Origin: Alphaproteobacteria bacterium
Lineage (GTDB): Bacteria; Pseudomonadota; Alphaproteobacteria; Bin95
NCBI GenBank assembly: GCA_963665325.3
Contig: CAXXWS020000003.1
Location: 1,040,051 to 1,104,050, forward strand
Length of the DNA: 64,000 nucleotides
Reading direction: 5' to 3'
Part shown: one piece after another, positions 1 to 9,272 of the stretch
Position numbering within the stretch: position 1 is the first letter of the stretch
Layout: each line of letters starts with the position of its first letter
Translations under genes and position numbers: made by a program
The notes under the pieces: generated by a model
Told to the model about the DNA's origin: nothing
What the model saw: the letters and a program-made list of their open reading frames with translations, nothing else
Databases searched by the model: none

Positions 1-560
1 GCCGGCATGGTGGTGTCCGCGTGGTCGAGCGCGGGATCGGTGACCTCGAAGACCTGGAATTCCACCTCCAATCCCACGACCGCCCGCATACCCTGTTCGG
101 AGAGCCTGTCGCAGGCGCCCTGCAGGATCCGGCGCGAGGCGAAAGAGACGGGCTCCCCCGAAGTCATCGACACATCGCAATGGATCAGCGCGGAATGCGG
201 CGACCAGGGCAGCACGCGGAATGTGTGCGGCAGGGGCGCCAGCACCAGGTCGCCCGCTCCCAGCATCGGCGCGTCACCTCCTTCCGACCAGACGGGAAAC
301 ACCGTCCGGTGCGAGACGTCCTTGAGCAACAGGGTGGAAGGGGCCCGAATGCCGGAGGCGAAGGCGTCCGTCAGCGCCTCGGCCGTGATCGTCTTGCCGC
401 GCAGGATGCCGTGAGGATCGGCAAGGACTACGCGGACGGTCTCGATTCCTTCGGCCTCGACCAGCGCGACCGTTTCCGCGGCGCGGGCGATATCCTCCTG
501 CGAAAGCGCGCCCGTTCGCGCCAGGGCGCCCGCCCGGATCCTGTCTTCGACGGTGGCCAT
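1..560 (-). CDS. Glutamine synthetase-like (gamma-glutamyl ligase) protein, N-terminal part; runs off window start
   Basis: Not in ORF track. Manual translation from ATG at 560 gives MATVEDRIRAG...ETVRVVLADPHGILRGKTI...PSTLLLKDVSHRTVFPVW, the GS N-terminal D-x-x-G-x-x-R-G-K motif. Starts 7 nt after the Rieske gene stop. Confidence 0.8.
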   Translation of the reverse strand, partial: MATVEDRIRAGALARTGALSQEDIARAAETVALVEAEGIETVRVVLADPHGILRGKTITAEALTDAFASGIRAPSTLLLKDVSHRTVFPVWSEGGDAPMLGAGDLVLAPLPHTFRVLPWSPHSALIHCDVSMTSGEPVSFASRRILQGACDRLSEQGMRAVVGLEVEFQVFEVTDPALDHADTTMP

Positions 561-566
561 GTCCGT

Positions 567-1886
567 CTAGACCGACGCATCCCAGGGGCATGCGGCGCGG
601 CGCTCCAGGTCGGCTCGCATGCTGGCGGCTTCCCAGTCGGCCGTGTTCGCAATGGCGTCGTTGGACAAGGGTCCGACGATCCCGGCCACATCGACGCCTT
701 TCCGCATGGGCAGAGCTGTCTCCTCGTTCCCGGCCAGACCCTCGATAGCCCCCCGCAACAGCCTGCGATACTGCACGATACCTGCATCGGTCGCGCCCAG
801 ATGCTCCCTGGTGCGGTCCTGGATCGGGCCCATGCCCTCGACTGCCCACTGGTCGTGCACATTGATGTCGAGCCCCATGCCCGTATAGGTCCGGGCCTCC
901 TGTTCTTCCGGCCGGTATCCGTAATTGTTGCCCCTGTTCTTCAGCGGGGCGTAGTCGGGCAGGCTGTGTTCCTTTAACCGTTGCGCGCGCATCGTCTCTT
1001 TGTCCACCGGTTTGTCGAAACTGGTGAACAGGGAGTACCAGTAGCAGGTCTCGTCATCGACCGGCACGTGCCACTGGGTAATCGTCATCTCGCGGCTCAT
1101 CGGGATGCAGATCGCCGCGGGGAAGATCTGGTTCGTGACGCGCACATGGGTCAAGCCGTTTCCCATATGTCTGAGCGCGGTCAGCTTGAGCCCGAATTCG
1201 GTCTCCTCGACCCTGATCTCGGGACGCGGATATTCCCGCAGCAGCTGCGTCATGGGGATGTTGGTGCCGGTGGCCGCGCTGTCCCGGAACTGCCTGCCGT
1301 AGCCCGCCTTCGGGTCCTCGTCCTCGAGGAAGCGGTGCAGGAAGGAGGCGTGGGCAGGATCGATGCCGATTTCCAGCGCCTGCAGCCAGTTGCACTCCCA
1401 CAGTCCCTTGAACGCGAAGACATGCGTCCCGGGCGCCCGGAAGCAGTCGAAATTGGGGAAGGCCGGCGGCTCGCCGGGACCCATATAGGCAAAGACGATG
1501 CCGTTCTTTTCGACGACCGGATAGGATACCGACCTGATCTGCCTGAACATTTCCGAGCCCTCGGGCTCGCCCGGCTGTTCGATGCATCGGCCGTTGCGGT
1601 CGTAGAGCCAGCCGTGGAACGGGCAGCGCAGGCCGTTGTCTTCGCGGCGGCCGAAGCACAGGTCTGCGCCCCGGTGCAGGCAGTGCCTGCCGATCAGTCC
1701 GAGCCCCCCCTCATTGTCGCGAAACAGCACCAGCCGCTCGCCCAGAAGCGTCACCGGCACGACCGGGCGCTCGCCCTTCAGCTCGTCGCTGAGCGCGGCC
1801 GGCTGCCAGTAGCGGCGAAGCACCTCGCCCGCGGGCTCACCCTTGCCCGTCCGGGTAAGCCGATCGTTGAGTTCCCGGCTCATCAT
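567..1886 (-). CDS. Rieske non-heme iron oxygenase alpha subunit (phthalate/vanillate oxygenase-like)
   Basis: Rieske motif CLH...CPFHGW and mononuclear Fe motif DPAHASFLH. Start MMSRELNDRL overlaps the reductase stop (ATGA). Confidence 0.92.
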   Translation of the reverse strand: MMSRELNDRLTRTGKGEPAGEVLRRYWQPAALSDELKGERPVVPVTLLGERLVLFRDNEGGLGLIGRHCLHRGADLCFGRREDNGLRCPFHGWLYDRNGRCIEQPGEPEGSEMFRQIRSVSYPVVEKNGIVFAYMGPGEPPAFPNFDCFRAPGTHVFAFKGLWECNWLQALEIGIDPAHASFLHRFLEDEDPKAGYGRQFRDSAATGTNIPMTQLLREYPRPEIRVEETEFGLKLTALRHMGNGLTHVRVTNQIFPAAICIPMSREMTITQWHVPVDDETCYWYSLFTSFDKPVDKETMRAQRLKEHSLPDYAPLKNRGNNYGYRPEEQEARTYTGMGLDINVHDQWAVEGMGPIQDRTREHLGATDAGIVQYRRLLRGAIEGLAGNEETALPMRKGVDVAGIVGPLSNDAIANTADWEAASMRADLERRAACPWDASV

Positions 1887-3145
1887 GGTTCGGCTCCTGC
1901 AATTGCGGACACCGGGCCGCGCCGGTCCACAGGCGCCGCCAGACAGGCCTTGAGCGGAGTGTCCGGGTCCGAAGCGGCAGCCCTGTCGAACAGGCCGGGC
2001 TCGCCGATCAGCCGGCGCGAGGCCATGTGGTCGGCAACCGCATTGACGGAATAGACGGCGACGAGGCGGTCCCCCAGGGTCTCGACAAGGCTGAAGCTGC
2101 CGCTCTCGAGGGCACCGCGGACCGTCAGTTCGCCGCCCCGGACCGAAAGGCCCGCCATCTGGAGCTTCATGTCGAACTGGTCGCTCCAGAACCACGGCAC
2201 GGGATCGTATGAGCCGCCCTGCCCCGTAATCTGCCGGGCAACCGCCCTGCCCTGGTCCACCGCATTTTGCACCGATTCCAGCCGTGTCCGGCTGCCCGTT
2301 ACCGGCAAGTCGAACGCTGTGCAATCGCCGACCGCATACACGTCCGGAATCGTGCTTTGCATGGCCCCGTCGACCAGGATTCCGCCGAGCGCGGTCGCAG
2401 CCCCGGCATCCGCCGCCAGGCCGATATCGGGCACGCTGCCCACGCAGACCAGAACCAGATCGGCCGTCAGGGAGACCCCGCTCGATAGCTTAACCGAGAC
2501 GATCCGGCCGTCCTCCGCGGCGACCCTGTCGATCTGCGCACCGAGGTGAATGCGCACGCCCTCGGCGCGGTGCCGGTGACAGATATATTCGGACAAGGCC
2601 GCGGGAATCGCACGCGTCAGCAGCCGGTCCTGCATCTCGACGACATCGACCGTGAGCCCCAGCTTGCGCGCAGTTGCGGCAACTTCCAGCCCGATGAACC
2701 CGCCGCCGACGATGACCAGGTTCGCTCCGGGGGCAAGCGCATCCTGCAGCGATTGCGCGTCCTGCATGTTCCGAAGCACGAAGACATTCTCGCCCTGGAA
2801 GCCTTCGAGCATCCGCGCGCCGGCTCCGGTGGCGATCACGGCCTTGTCGTAGGCCAGGGTCCCGTCCGCCAGCCGCACCGTCTTCGATGCCGGGTCGAGC
2901 GCGCGGGCGCGGATGCCGAGCATGAGCTCGATGCCGTTCCGCTCGAAATAGTCGGGGCCCCGAAGCGCGATCTGCTCCGGGCGCTTCTCGCCCGCCAGCA
3001 TCGCCTTGGACAGGGGGGGGCGGTGATAGGGCGCGCAGTCCTCGTCGCCAATCAGGCGGATCGGCTCCTGGTAGCCGGCCTGGCGCAGCGAGGCGGCGGC
3101 CTGAACCCCGGCATGACCGGCGCCGACGATGACGGTGCCCGACAT
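1883..3145 (-). CDS. Ferredoxin-NAD(P) reductase (putidaredoxin reductase-like)
   Basis: GAGHAG FAD motif, PYHRPPLSK, GGGFIGLE, YAVGDC, RLESVQNA, PWFWSDQ. Confidence 0.93.
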   Translation of the reverse strand: MSGTVIVGAGHAGVQAAASLRQAGYQEPIRLIGDEDCAPYHRPPLSKAMLAGEKRPEQIALRGPDYFERNGIELMLGIRARALDPASKTVRLADGTLAYDKAVIATGAGARMLEGFQGENVFVLRNMQDAQSLQDALAPGANLVIVGGGFIGLEVAATARKLGLTVDVVEMQDRLLTRAIPAALSEYICHRHRAEGVRIHLGAQIDRVAAEDGRIVSVKLSSGVSLTADLVLVCVGSVPDIGLAADAGAATALGGILVDGAMQSTIPDVYAVGDCTAFDLPVTGSRTRLESVQNAVDQGRAVARQITGQGGSYDPVPWFWSDQFDMKLQMAGLSVRGGELTVRGALESGSFSLVETLGDRLVAVYSVNAVADHMASRRLIGEPGLFDRAAASDPDTPLKACLAAPVDRRGPVSAIAGAEP

Positions 3146-3468
3146 CAGATCTGCACACGCGGCAATTGGAACACCGCGCCCTCAAGGGACGGCTCCAGCT
3201 CTATCTGGCAGGAAAGCCGGCTGTTCGGGCGCCTCTCGTCCGCCGCAAAGTCCAGCATGTCCAGCTCGTAGGCATCGTCTGCCGGGCCGACGCTCTCGGG
3301 GGCGTATACATGGCAGGTCGCGCAGGCGCAGGCGCCGCCGCATTCGGCCTCGATACCCGGGACATCGTTCATGATGGCGACTTCCATCACGCTGGTGCCC
3401 GGCGTCCCGCTCACATGGAACATCTCTCCGTCGGCTGTCCTGAATGCGATGCTGATTTCATCCGTCAT
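3145..3468 (-). CDS. [2Fe-2S] ferredoxin, adrenodoxin/putidaredoxin type
   Basis: ECGGACACATCHVY...SRLSCQI; start taken at MTDEISI. Confidence 0.92.
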   Translation of the reverse strand: MTDEISIAFRTADGEMFHVSGTPGTSVMEVAIMNDVPGIEAECGGACACATCHVYAPESVGPADDAYELDMLDFAADERRPNSRLSCQIELEPSLEGAVFQLPRVQI

Positions 3469-3637
3469 GCGGTCATTACCCTCTGCCGGGTTTCCGGTCA
3501 CCCGGCATCGCGAAACAAGGGGGCCTGCAGCAGGTCTCGACGACCGGTCTCAGCCGACTGGTCGGGCCGGATGTTAATGCATTCGCCGTTCCCCGGCCAA
3601 GCCGCGAGGCGGGACGAAGGAACCGGCCGATACGGCG

Positions 3638-4477
3638 TCAGCTTTCGAAGACGACGAAGGCCCTGAGTTCGATGCTCTCGCGCGGCGGCGCGGCGGGGTC
3701 CTGGTCCGGCAGGGCGAAGGCGCCGTGCGGCGTGTAGCGGGCGCGGCCGTCGTCCAGGCTGTCCCAGCCCTTGATGAGCAGCACCTCGTCGCGCTCCATG
3801 CGCGGCGCCCAGTACCAGCGATGCGCCGGCGAGTAGGCAAGCTGGTAGATTTCGCCCACCCGGTCGGGGAACACCTGGTCGGTGGCCAGAAGGTCCTCCT
3901 TCGGGATGCTGCCGGCATCGGCCAGCGCGAGCGGCGAGCGCTCGACCGGCCCCCGGATCGGCCGCCAGACATTGATCTGCACGATCCGCCCGCCGGCGCC
4001 GAGCACACGGTCCACCGTCTCGTCGCCGAGTTCGTCGCGGGCGCGTTTGGGACCGGAGTCGTCGGTATAGTCCACATGCACCCGGCTCGCCGGCATGCGC
4101 ATACCGTCGGGATTGGTAGCGCCCGCGCCGGCATCCGAACGCCGCGTGCGGTCGAACACGACCGCGATGTCTGCGCCCGTCAGACGTTTCAGGAAGTCCT
4201 CGACCTCGCGGTCATAGACATCGCCGACCGCCTTGTCGTCATACAGGTCGTCCACCGCCGTCTCGTGGCGGTGCAGTTCGAAGCCCGTCGCATCCAGCGA
4301 GAGCCGGGCCGCATCGGCGCGCATGTCGTGGATCGACACCGGGCGCTCCTCGGTCCTGAAGTGGACTTTGGGCACCCCGCCGGTGATCCGCGAACTCTCG
4401 AACCACGGCTTGGTGTCCTGGCGGACCGTGAAGGTGAGGTCTGCAACGACCCGGGTCGGGCTGTGGGCGTCCGGCAT
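3638..4477 (-). CDS. CmcJ/NvfI-family oxidoreductase
   Basis: VHVDYT, QINVWRPI, PLALADA, TPHGAF and RESIELRA motifs. Confidence 0.8.
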   Translation of the reverse strand: MPDAHSPTRVVADLTFTVRQDTKPWFESSRITGGVPKVHFRTEERPVSIHDMRADAARLSLDATGFELHRHETAVDDLYDDKAVGDVYDREVEDFLKRLTGADIAVVFDRTRRSDAGAGATNPDGMRMPASRVHVDYTDDSGPKRARDELGDETVDRVLGAGGRIVQINVWRPIRGPVERSPLALADAGSIPKEDLLATDQVFPDRVGEIYQLAYSPAHRWYWAPRMERDEVLLIKGWDSLDDGRARYTPHGAFALPDQDPAAPPRESIELRAFVVFES

Positions 4478-4591
4478 GGCGGCACCGAGGCTCCTTTACG
4501 TCTTTCGCTCGAGGGGCGACATTCGCCGGATTAGGTGGAACGAAACCGGCGGGCGGTCAAGGGCGCGGGCCGGAAGGGGGAAGGAGCTTCC

Positions 4592-5320
4592 ATGCGACTC
4601 GAAGGCAAGACGGTTCTGGTAACGGCGGCGGGACAGGGCATCGGCCGCGCCATCGCGCTGGCGGCGGCGACGGAAGGCGCGCGGGTGGTCGCGACCGACA
4701 TCGCCGCGGATAAGCTGGCGGATCTGGGCGGCGGCATCGAAACGCACCGGCTCGATGTGACCGACGGCGCGGCGATAACGGCATTCGCAGGGGCGCTCGG
4801 GCAGGTGGACGCGCTTTGCAATGTCGCGGGCTTCGTCCATCACGGCACGATCCTGGAAGCGACGGAAGCCGAACTCGATTCCGCCTTCGACCTCAATGTA
4901 AAGTCGATGTTCCGCACCATCCGGGCCTTCCTGCCCGACATGATGGCGGCGGGCCGGGGCTCCATCGTCAACATGGCCTCGGTCGCGTCCAACCTGAAAG
5001 GCGTGCCCTATCGCGCGGTCTATTCCACCACCAAGGCGGCGGTGATCGGGCTGACGCGGGCGGTGGCGGCGGATGCCATCTCGACGGGCGTGCGCTGCAA
5101 TGCAATCGCGCCCGGCACCGTGCAGTCGCCCTCGCTGGACGAGCGCATCGCGGCCTTCGACGACCCCGTGCAGGCGCGCAGGGACTTTATCGCCCGCCAG
5201 CCGCTCGGCCGCCTCGGCACGGCGGAGGAGATCGCGGCGCTCGCCGTCCACCTCGCCGCCGACGAAAGCGCCTACACCACCGGCGCCGTCTTCATCGCCG
5301 ACGGCGGGATCACGCTGTAG
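4592..5320 (+). CDS. SDR oxidoreductase (BDH2 / 2-keto-3-deoxy-L-fuconate dehydrogenase-like)
   Basis: TAAGQGIG, YSTTK catalytic motif, RCNAIAPGTVQSPSL; RBS AAGGAG upstream. Confidence 0.88.
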   Translation: MRLEGKTVLVTAAGQGIGRAIALAAATEGARVVATDIAADKLADLGGGIETHRLDVTDGAAITAFAGALGQVDALCNVAGFVHHGTILEATEAELDSAFDLNVKSMFRTIRAFLPDMMAAGRGSIVNMASVASNLKGVPYRAVYSTTKAAVIGLTRAVAADAISTGVRCNAIAPGTVQSPSLDERIAAFDDPVQARRDFIARQPLGRLGTAEEIAALAVHLAADESAYTTGAVFIADGGITL

Positions 5321-5458
5321 GGCAGCGTTTCGCATCGCATGCCCCGTCTGCTCCGGTGCTGGACTCGGTTCCGGCCGTTACCTACTGTGAATGGCGGCCT
5401 GAGCGATGGAGCAAGGGAGCGCTTCGGCGGTCGCCGCTTTACTACGGGAGGAAGAGAA

Positions 5459-6457
5459 ATGTCTGTGTTCAAGTCACTGACGCTGGGCTGCGCGGCGGTC
5501 GCGGCGTCGTTCCTGACGACCGCCGTGATGGCGCCAGCCGGCGCAACGACGCTGATCGGCGCGGTGCAGTTCGACGAGAGCCACGCCTTCACCAAGGCGC
5601 TGCGCAAATTCGAGCAAGAAGCGTCCGCCTGCTCGAACGGCTCGCTGGAATTCGATCTGCACCTGAACTCGGAGCTCGGTCTCGAGAAGGACTATTTCGA
5701 GAATATGAGCCAAGGCATCGCGGTAGATTACGCCATCGTCGCGCCGTCGCACATGTCGACCTTCAGCGCCAAGGCGCCGCTGATGGATATGCCGTTCCTG
5801 TTCCGCGATCTCGACCACTGGAACAAGGTGATGGAGGCCGACGCGCTGGCGCCATTGGCCGGTGATGTGCTCGAGACGGCAAGTGTGCGGCTGATCGGCT
5901 ATGCCGGCGGCGGCACCCGGCAGTTGATCGTGAACCGCCCGGTCACGAACATGTCCGAACTCAAGGGCCTGCCGATGCGCGTGATGGGCGCGCCGATCCA
6001 GACTCGAATCTTCGAGGCGATCAACGCGCATCCCTCGGTAATCGCCTATGCCGAGGTCTATAACGCCATCCAGACCGGCGTGATCGACGGCGCCGAGAAC
6101 GAAGCCGCCGGCATCGAGCAGATGAAGTTCTACGAAGTCGGGCCGCATATCTCGCTGACCGCGCACGCGATCACCGTGCGTCCGCTCGCCTTCTCCGATG
6201 CGACCTTCCAGCGGCTGAGCGCCGATGAGCAGGCTTGCGTGCTCAAGGCTGGCAAGATCGCCGGCAAGTATGGCCGCGACATCGAATCGAGCCAGGACAG
6301 CGCCAAACTGAAGGCTATGGAGGACGCCGGGCTGCTGAAGACCCATGTCTTCGCCGAACGCGACATGCTGCTGGAGCTTGCCGGTCCGGTGAAGCGCGCC
6401 TATGCCGAGGAACTGGGGGCGGTCGACGTGCTCGAGGCCATCGAGGCAGTCCAGTAA
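5459..6457 (+). CDS. dctP: TRAP transporter substrate-binding protein
   Basis: Signal peptide, LKGLPMRV, EVYNAIQTGVIDGAEN. Confidence 0.92.
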   Translation: MSVFKSLTLGCAAVAASFLTTAVMAPAGATTLIGAVQFDESHAFTKALRKFEQEASACSNGSLEFDLHLNSELGLEKDYFENMSQGIAVDYAIVAPSHMSTFSAKAPLMDMPFLFRDLDHWNKVMEADALAPLAGDVLETASVRLIGYAGGGTRQLIVNRPVTNMSELKGLPMRVMGAPIQTRIFEAINAHPSVIAYAEVYNAIQTGVIDGAENEAAGIEQMKFYEVGPHISLTAHAITVRPLAFSDATFQRLSADEQACVLKAGKIAGKYGRDIESSQDSAKLKAMEDAGLLKTHVFAERDMLLELAGPVKRAYAEELGAVDVLEAIEAVQ

Positions 6458-6469
6458 CGTCGAGCCGAA

Positions 6470-6492
6470 CGGCGGGGCCGTCCGGCCCCGCC
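6470..6492 (+). terminator. GC hairpin between dctP and dctQ (attenuator or mRNA stabiliser)
   Basis: ggcggggccg-tc-cggccccgcc inverted repeat. Confidence 0.5.
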
Positions 6493-6534
6493 TGTCGGAC
6501 CCTCCCGACCTGCACCTGAACCCGGGAGGTGCGT

Positions 6535-7029
6535 ATGCGCAAATTCCTGGGCGCTTACTACCGTCTGCTCAGGATTCTGCTGACCGTGCTGATGGCCGTG
6601 CTGATCGTGCCGGTCGCGATGCAGATCCTTAGCCGCTACACCGGCATCATCCCGCGCTTCATCTGGACCGAGGAGATCGCGCGCTTCTGCTTTGTCTGGA
6701 TCATCCTGATCGGCGCGATGATCGCGGTGCGCGACGGCACCCATTTCGATGTCGATATCCTGCCGCACAGCTCCAACCCGCTGGTCGAGCTGATCATGAA
6801 GCTGATCGGCCATACGGCGGTATTCGCCGTCGCCCTGACCTTCATGATCTACGGTTACGATTTCGCCATTCTCGGTTCGCGCCAGCACTCGGAAATCGCC
6901 GGTCTGCCCATGCTCTCGATCTACATCGCCTGGCCGATCGCCGGCGTGACCTGGGCGATGTTCCTGATCGAGAGGATCTGGGACCTCATTCGCGACTACC
7001 GCGCCGGGAGCGCCCATGGCGCCGGGTGA
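6535..7029 (+). CDS. dctQ: TRAP transporter small permease
   Basis: About 4 TM segments; WTEEIAR and HFDVD motifs. Confidence 0.9.
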   Translation: MRKFLGAYYRLLRILLTVLMAVLIVPVAMQILSRYTGIIPRFIWTEEIARFCFVWIILIGAMIAVRDGTHFDVDILPHSSNPLVELIMKLIGHTAVFAVALTFMIYGYDFAILGSRQHSEIAGLPMLSIYIAWPIAGVTWAMFLIERIWDLIRDYRAGSAHGAG

Positions 7030-8320
7030 AGTTGCCGCCATCCTGTTCGGCGTCTTTGCTGTCCTGGTGATCCTGCGCGTGCCGGTGGCATTCGCGCTGG
7101 GGCTCGCGGTCGTGCCGGTCTTCTTCATCGAGGAACGGCTGACCCCGGTGCTGCTCTTGCGCGAGATGTTCAAGAGCTACAACGCTTTCGTTCTCCTGGC
7201 GGTGCCGTTCTTCCTGCTGGCGGCCAACCTGATGAACGCGGCCGGCATCACCGACCGGCTGATCCGGCTGGCGCGCGCCATGGTCGGGCATCTGCCGGGC
7301 GGGCTCGGCCATGTCAATGTCGTGGTCTCGATGCTCTTTGCCGGCATATCGGGGTCGTCGACGGCGGATGCGGCGGGGATCGGCTCGCTCTTGATCCCGC
7401 AGATGAAGAAGCAGGGCTATGACGCACCCTTCGCGGTGGCGATTACGGCATGCTCCTCCGTAATGGGCGTCATCATTCCGCCCTCGATTCTCATGGTCGT
7501 CTGGGGCGGGCTGATGTCGGTCTCGATCGGCGGGCTGTTCCTGGCGGGCGTCGTGCCGGGAGTGCTGATTGCAGGCTCCCAGATGCTGACGGTCTATATC
7601 TACGCCAGGCGCCGGGGCTACCCGGTTTACGCCCGTTCCACCCTCATCGAGCTTATGGTGGCTGCGGGAAGCGCGTCGCTGGCGCTGATGACGCCCCTGA
7701 TTATCGTCGGCGGAATTGTCGGCGGTTTCTTCACGCCGACCGAGGCCTCCGTGGTGGCGGTGGTCTATTCGCTGATCCTCGGCACCGTAATTTACCGCTC
7801 GGTCGCGCTGCCGGCGCTGCCGGGCATTCTCTATGACAGCGCCCGGTTCGCTGCGATCTCGCTGTTCTGCATCGGCACCGCCTCGGCATTCGGCTGGTGC
7901 CTGGCGTTTTTCAAGATCCCGGCCGCACTTGTCGGTCAGATCGAGGCGATGGGGCTCGGGCTGATCGGCACCGGCGTGATGTGCGCGCTTGCTTTCCTGA
8001 TCATCGGTATGTTCATCGATGCGATCCCGGCGATCATCATCCTGGGCACGGTGCTGTTCCCGGTGACCCAGCATGTCGGCATGCACCCGATCCACTTCGC
8101 GATCATCGGCGTCATCAGCCTGGCCTTCGGGCTCGTCACCCCGCCCTACGGGCTCTGCCTGCTGATCGCCGCCTCCATCGGGCGGATCCGGGTGATCGAT
8201 GCGCTCAGGGACGTCGCGATCATCCTGTTACCCATGATCTTCGTGCTCGGTATCGTGATCGCCCTTCCCGATGCGATCCTGTCCTTGCCGCGCTGGGTTA
8301 TGCCGAGATTCATCAATTGA
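7016..8320 (+). CDS. dctM: TRAP transporter large permease
   Basis: AVPFF, GISGSSTADAA, IIPPS, TPTEA, TPPYG motifs. Confidence 0.93.
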   Translation: MAPGEVAAILFGVFAVLVILRVPVAFALGLAVVPVFFIEERLTPVLLLREMFKSYNAFVLLAVPFFLLAANLMNAAGITDRLIRLARAMVGHLPGGLGHVNVVVSMLFAGISGSSTADAAGIGSLLIPQMKKQGYDAPFAVAITACSSVMGVIIPPSILMVVWGGLMSVSIGGLFLAGVVPGVLIAGSQMLTVYIYARRRGYPVYARSTLIELMVAAGSASLALMTPLIIVGGIVGGFFTPTEASVVAVVYSLILGTVIYRSVALPALPGILYDSARFAAISLFCIGTASAFGWCLAFFKIPAALVGQIEAMGLGLIGTGVMCALAFLIIGMFIDAIPAIIILGTVLFPVTQHVGMHPIHFAIIGVISLAFGLVTPPYGLCLLIAASIGRIRVIDALRDVAIILLPMIFVLGIVIALPDAILSLPRWVMPRFIN

Positions 8321-8345
8321 TACGCCACTGAGCAGGGAGCAGATC

Positions 8346-9215
8346 ATGGAACGCTACAAGATCGAGCCCCTCGCGGACGGATTCGGGGCCGAGGTCACCG
8401 GCCTCGACCTCGCCGCCGAGACCGGCGCGGACGAGATGGCTGCGCTGCGTCGGCGGTTTCACGACAGCCAGCTCATGGTGATCCGCAACCAGAAAATCGA
8501 ACCTCGGCGCTTCCTGTGGTTCGCCCGCCATTTCGGACGCCCGCAACCGCATATCGCCGCTCACCTGCGCCACAAGGAGGTGCCCGAGATTCTGCGGCTT
8601 TCCAACATCTTCGTCGATGACAAGCCGACCGGGATCTTCGACGGCGCCGCGTTCTGGCATCAGGACATGGCTTATGAGGATGTGGCTTCCAACGCCACGA
8701 TTGTCCACGCGATCGAGGTGCCGGACCGGGGCGGCGAGACGCTGTTCGCCGATATGCGGGCGGCCTATGACGCACTTGAGCCCGGGATACGCAAACGCAT
8801 TGCGGGCTTGGTCGCGTGCCATCGCTACGGCAACCGCGCCGACGAGGACTACAACACCCGCACCAAGGCCATGGAATTGACAGCGGAGGAGTAAGAGCAG
8901 GTGCGTGACGTTTTTCACCCGCTGGTGCTCACGCATCCGGTTACCGGTCGTCCCGCACTCTACGGCGCCGCTTCCACGTCGCGGGGTATTCGGGGCCTGG
9001 AGGATGCCGAGGCGCGCGCGCTGCTCGATGCGCTCGCCGAACATGCGTCGCAGGACCGCTTCGTGCACGCCCATCGTTACCGGCCCGGCGATATCGTGCT
9101 CTGGGACAATTTCTCACTGATGCATAAAGCCACGCTGATCGACCGCGCGAGCGGGTCGGGGACGCAGCGCTACCTGCACCGGATCAGTACCAAGGACTTA
9201 CCGGCGACAGCCTGA
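8346..9215 (+). pseudogene. TauD/TfdA-family Fe(II)/2-oxoglutarate dioxygenase with in-frame TAA at 8892-8894
   Basis: N-half has WHQD and GGETLFAD. C-half (HPLVLTHPVTGRPALY, WDNFSLMH) continues in the same frame after GAG GAG TAA GAG CAG. Confidence 0.85.
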
Positions 9216-9272
9216 TATTCGGGGCTGGCGTTTCAAGCCCCAGTGAGCGTCTTCGGCCTTGCGAGTCGCGCC

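Noticed and set aside
8892-8894. Programmed recoding (Sec/Pyl) in the TauD gene
   Set aside because: The codon is TAA, not TGA or TAG, and TAA is used as a normal stop elsewhere in the window.
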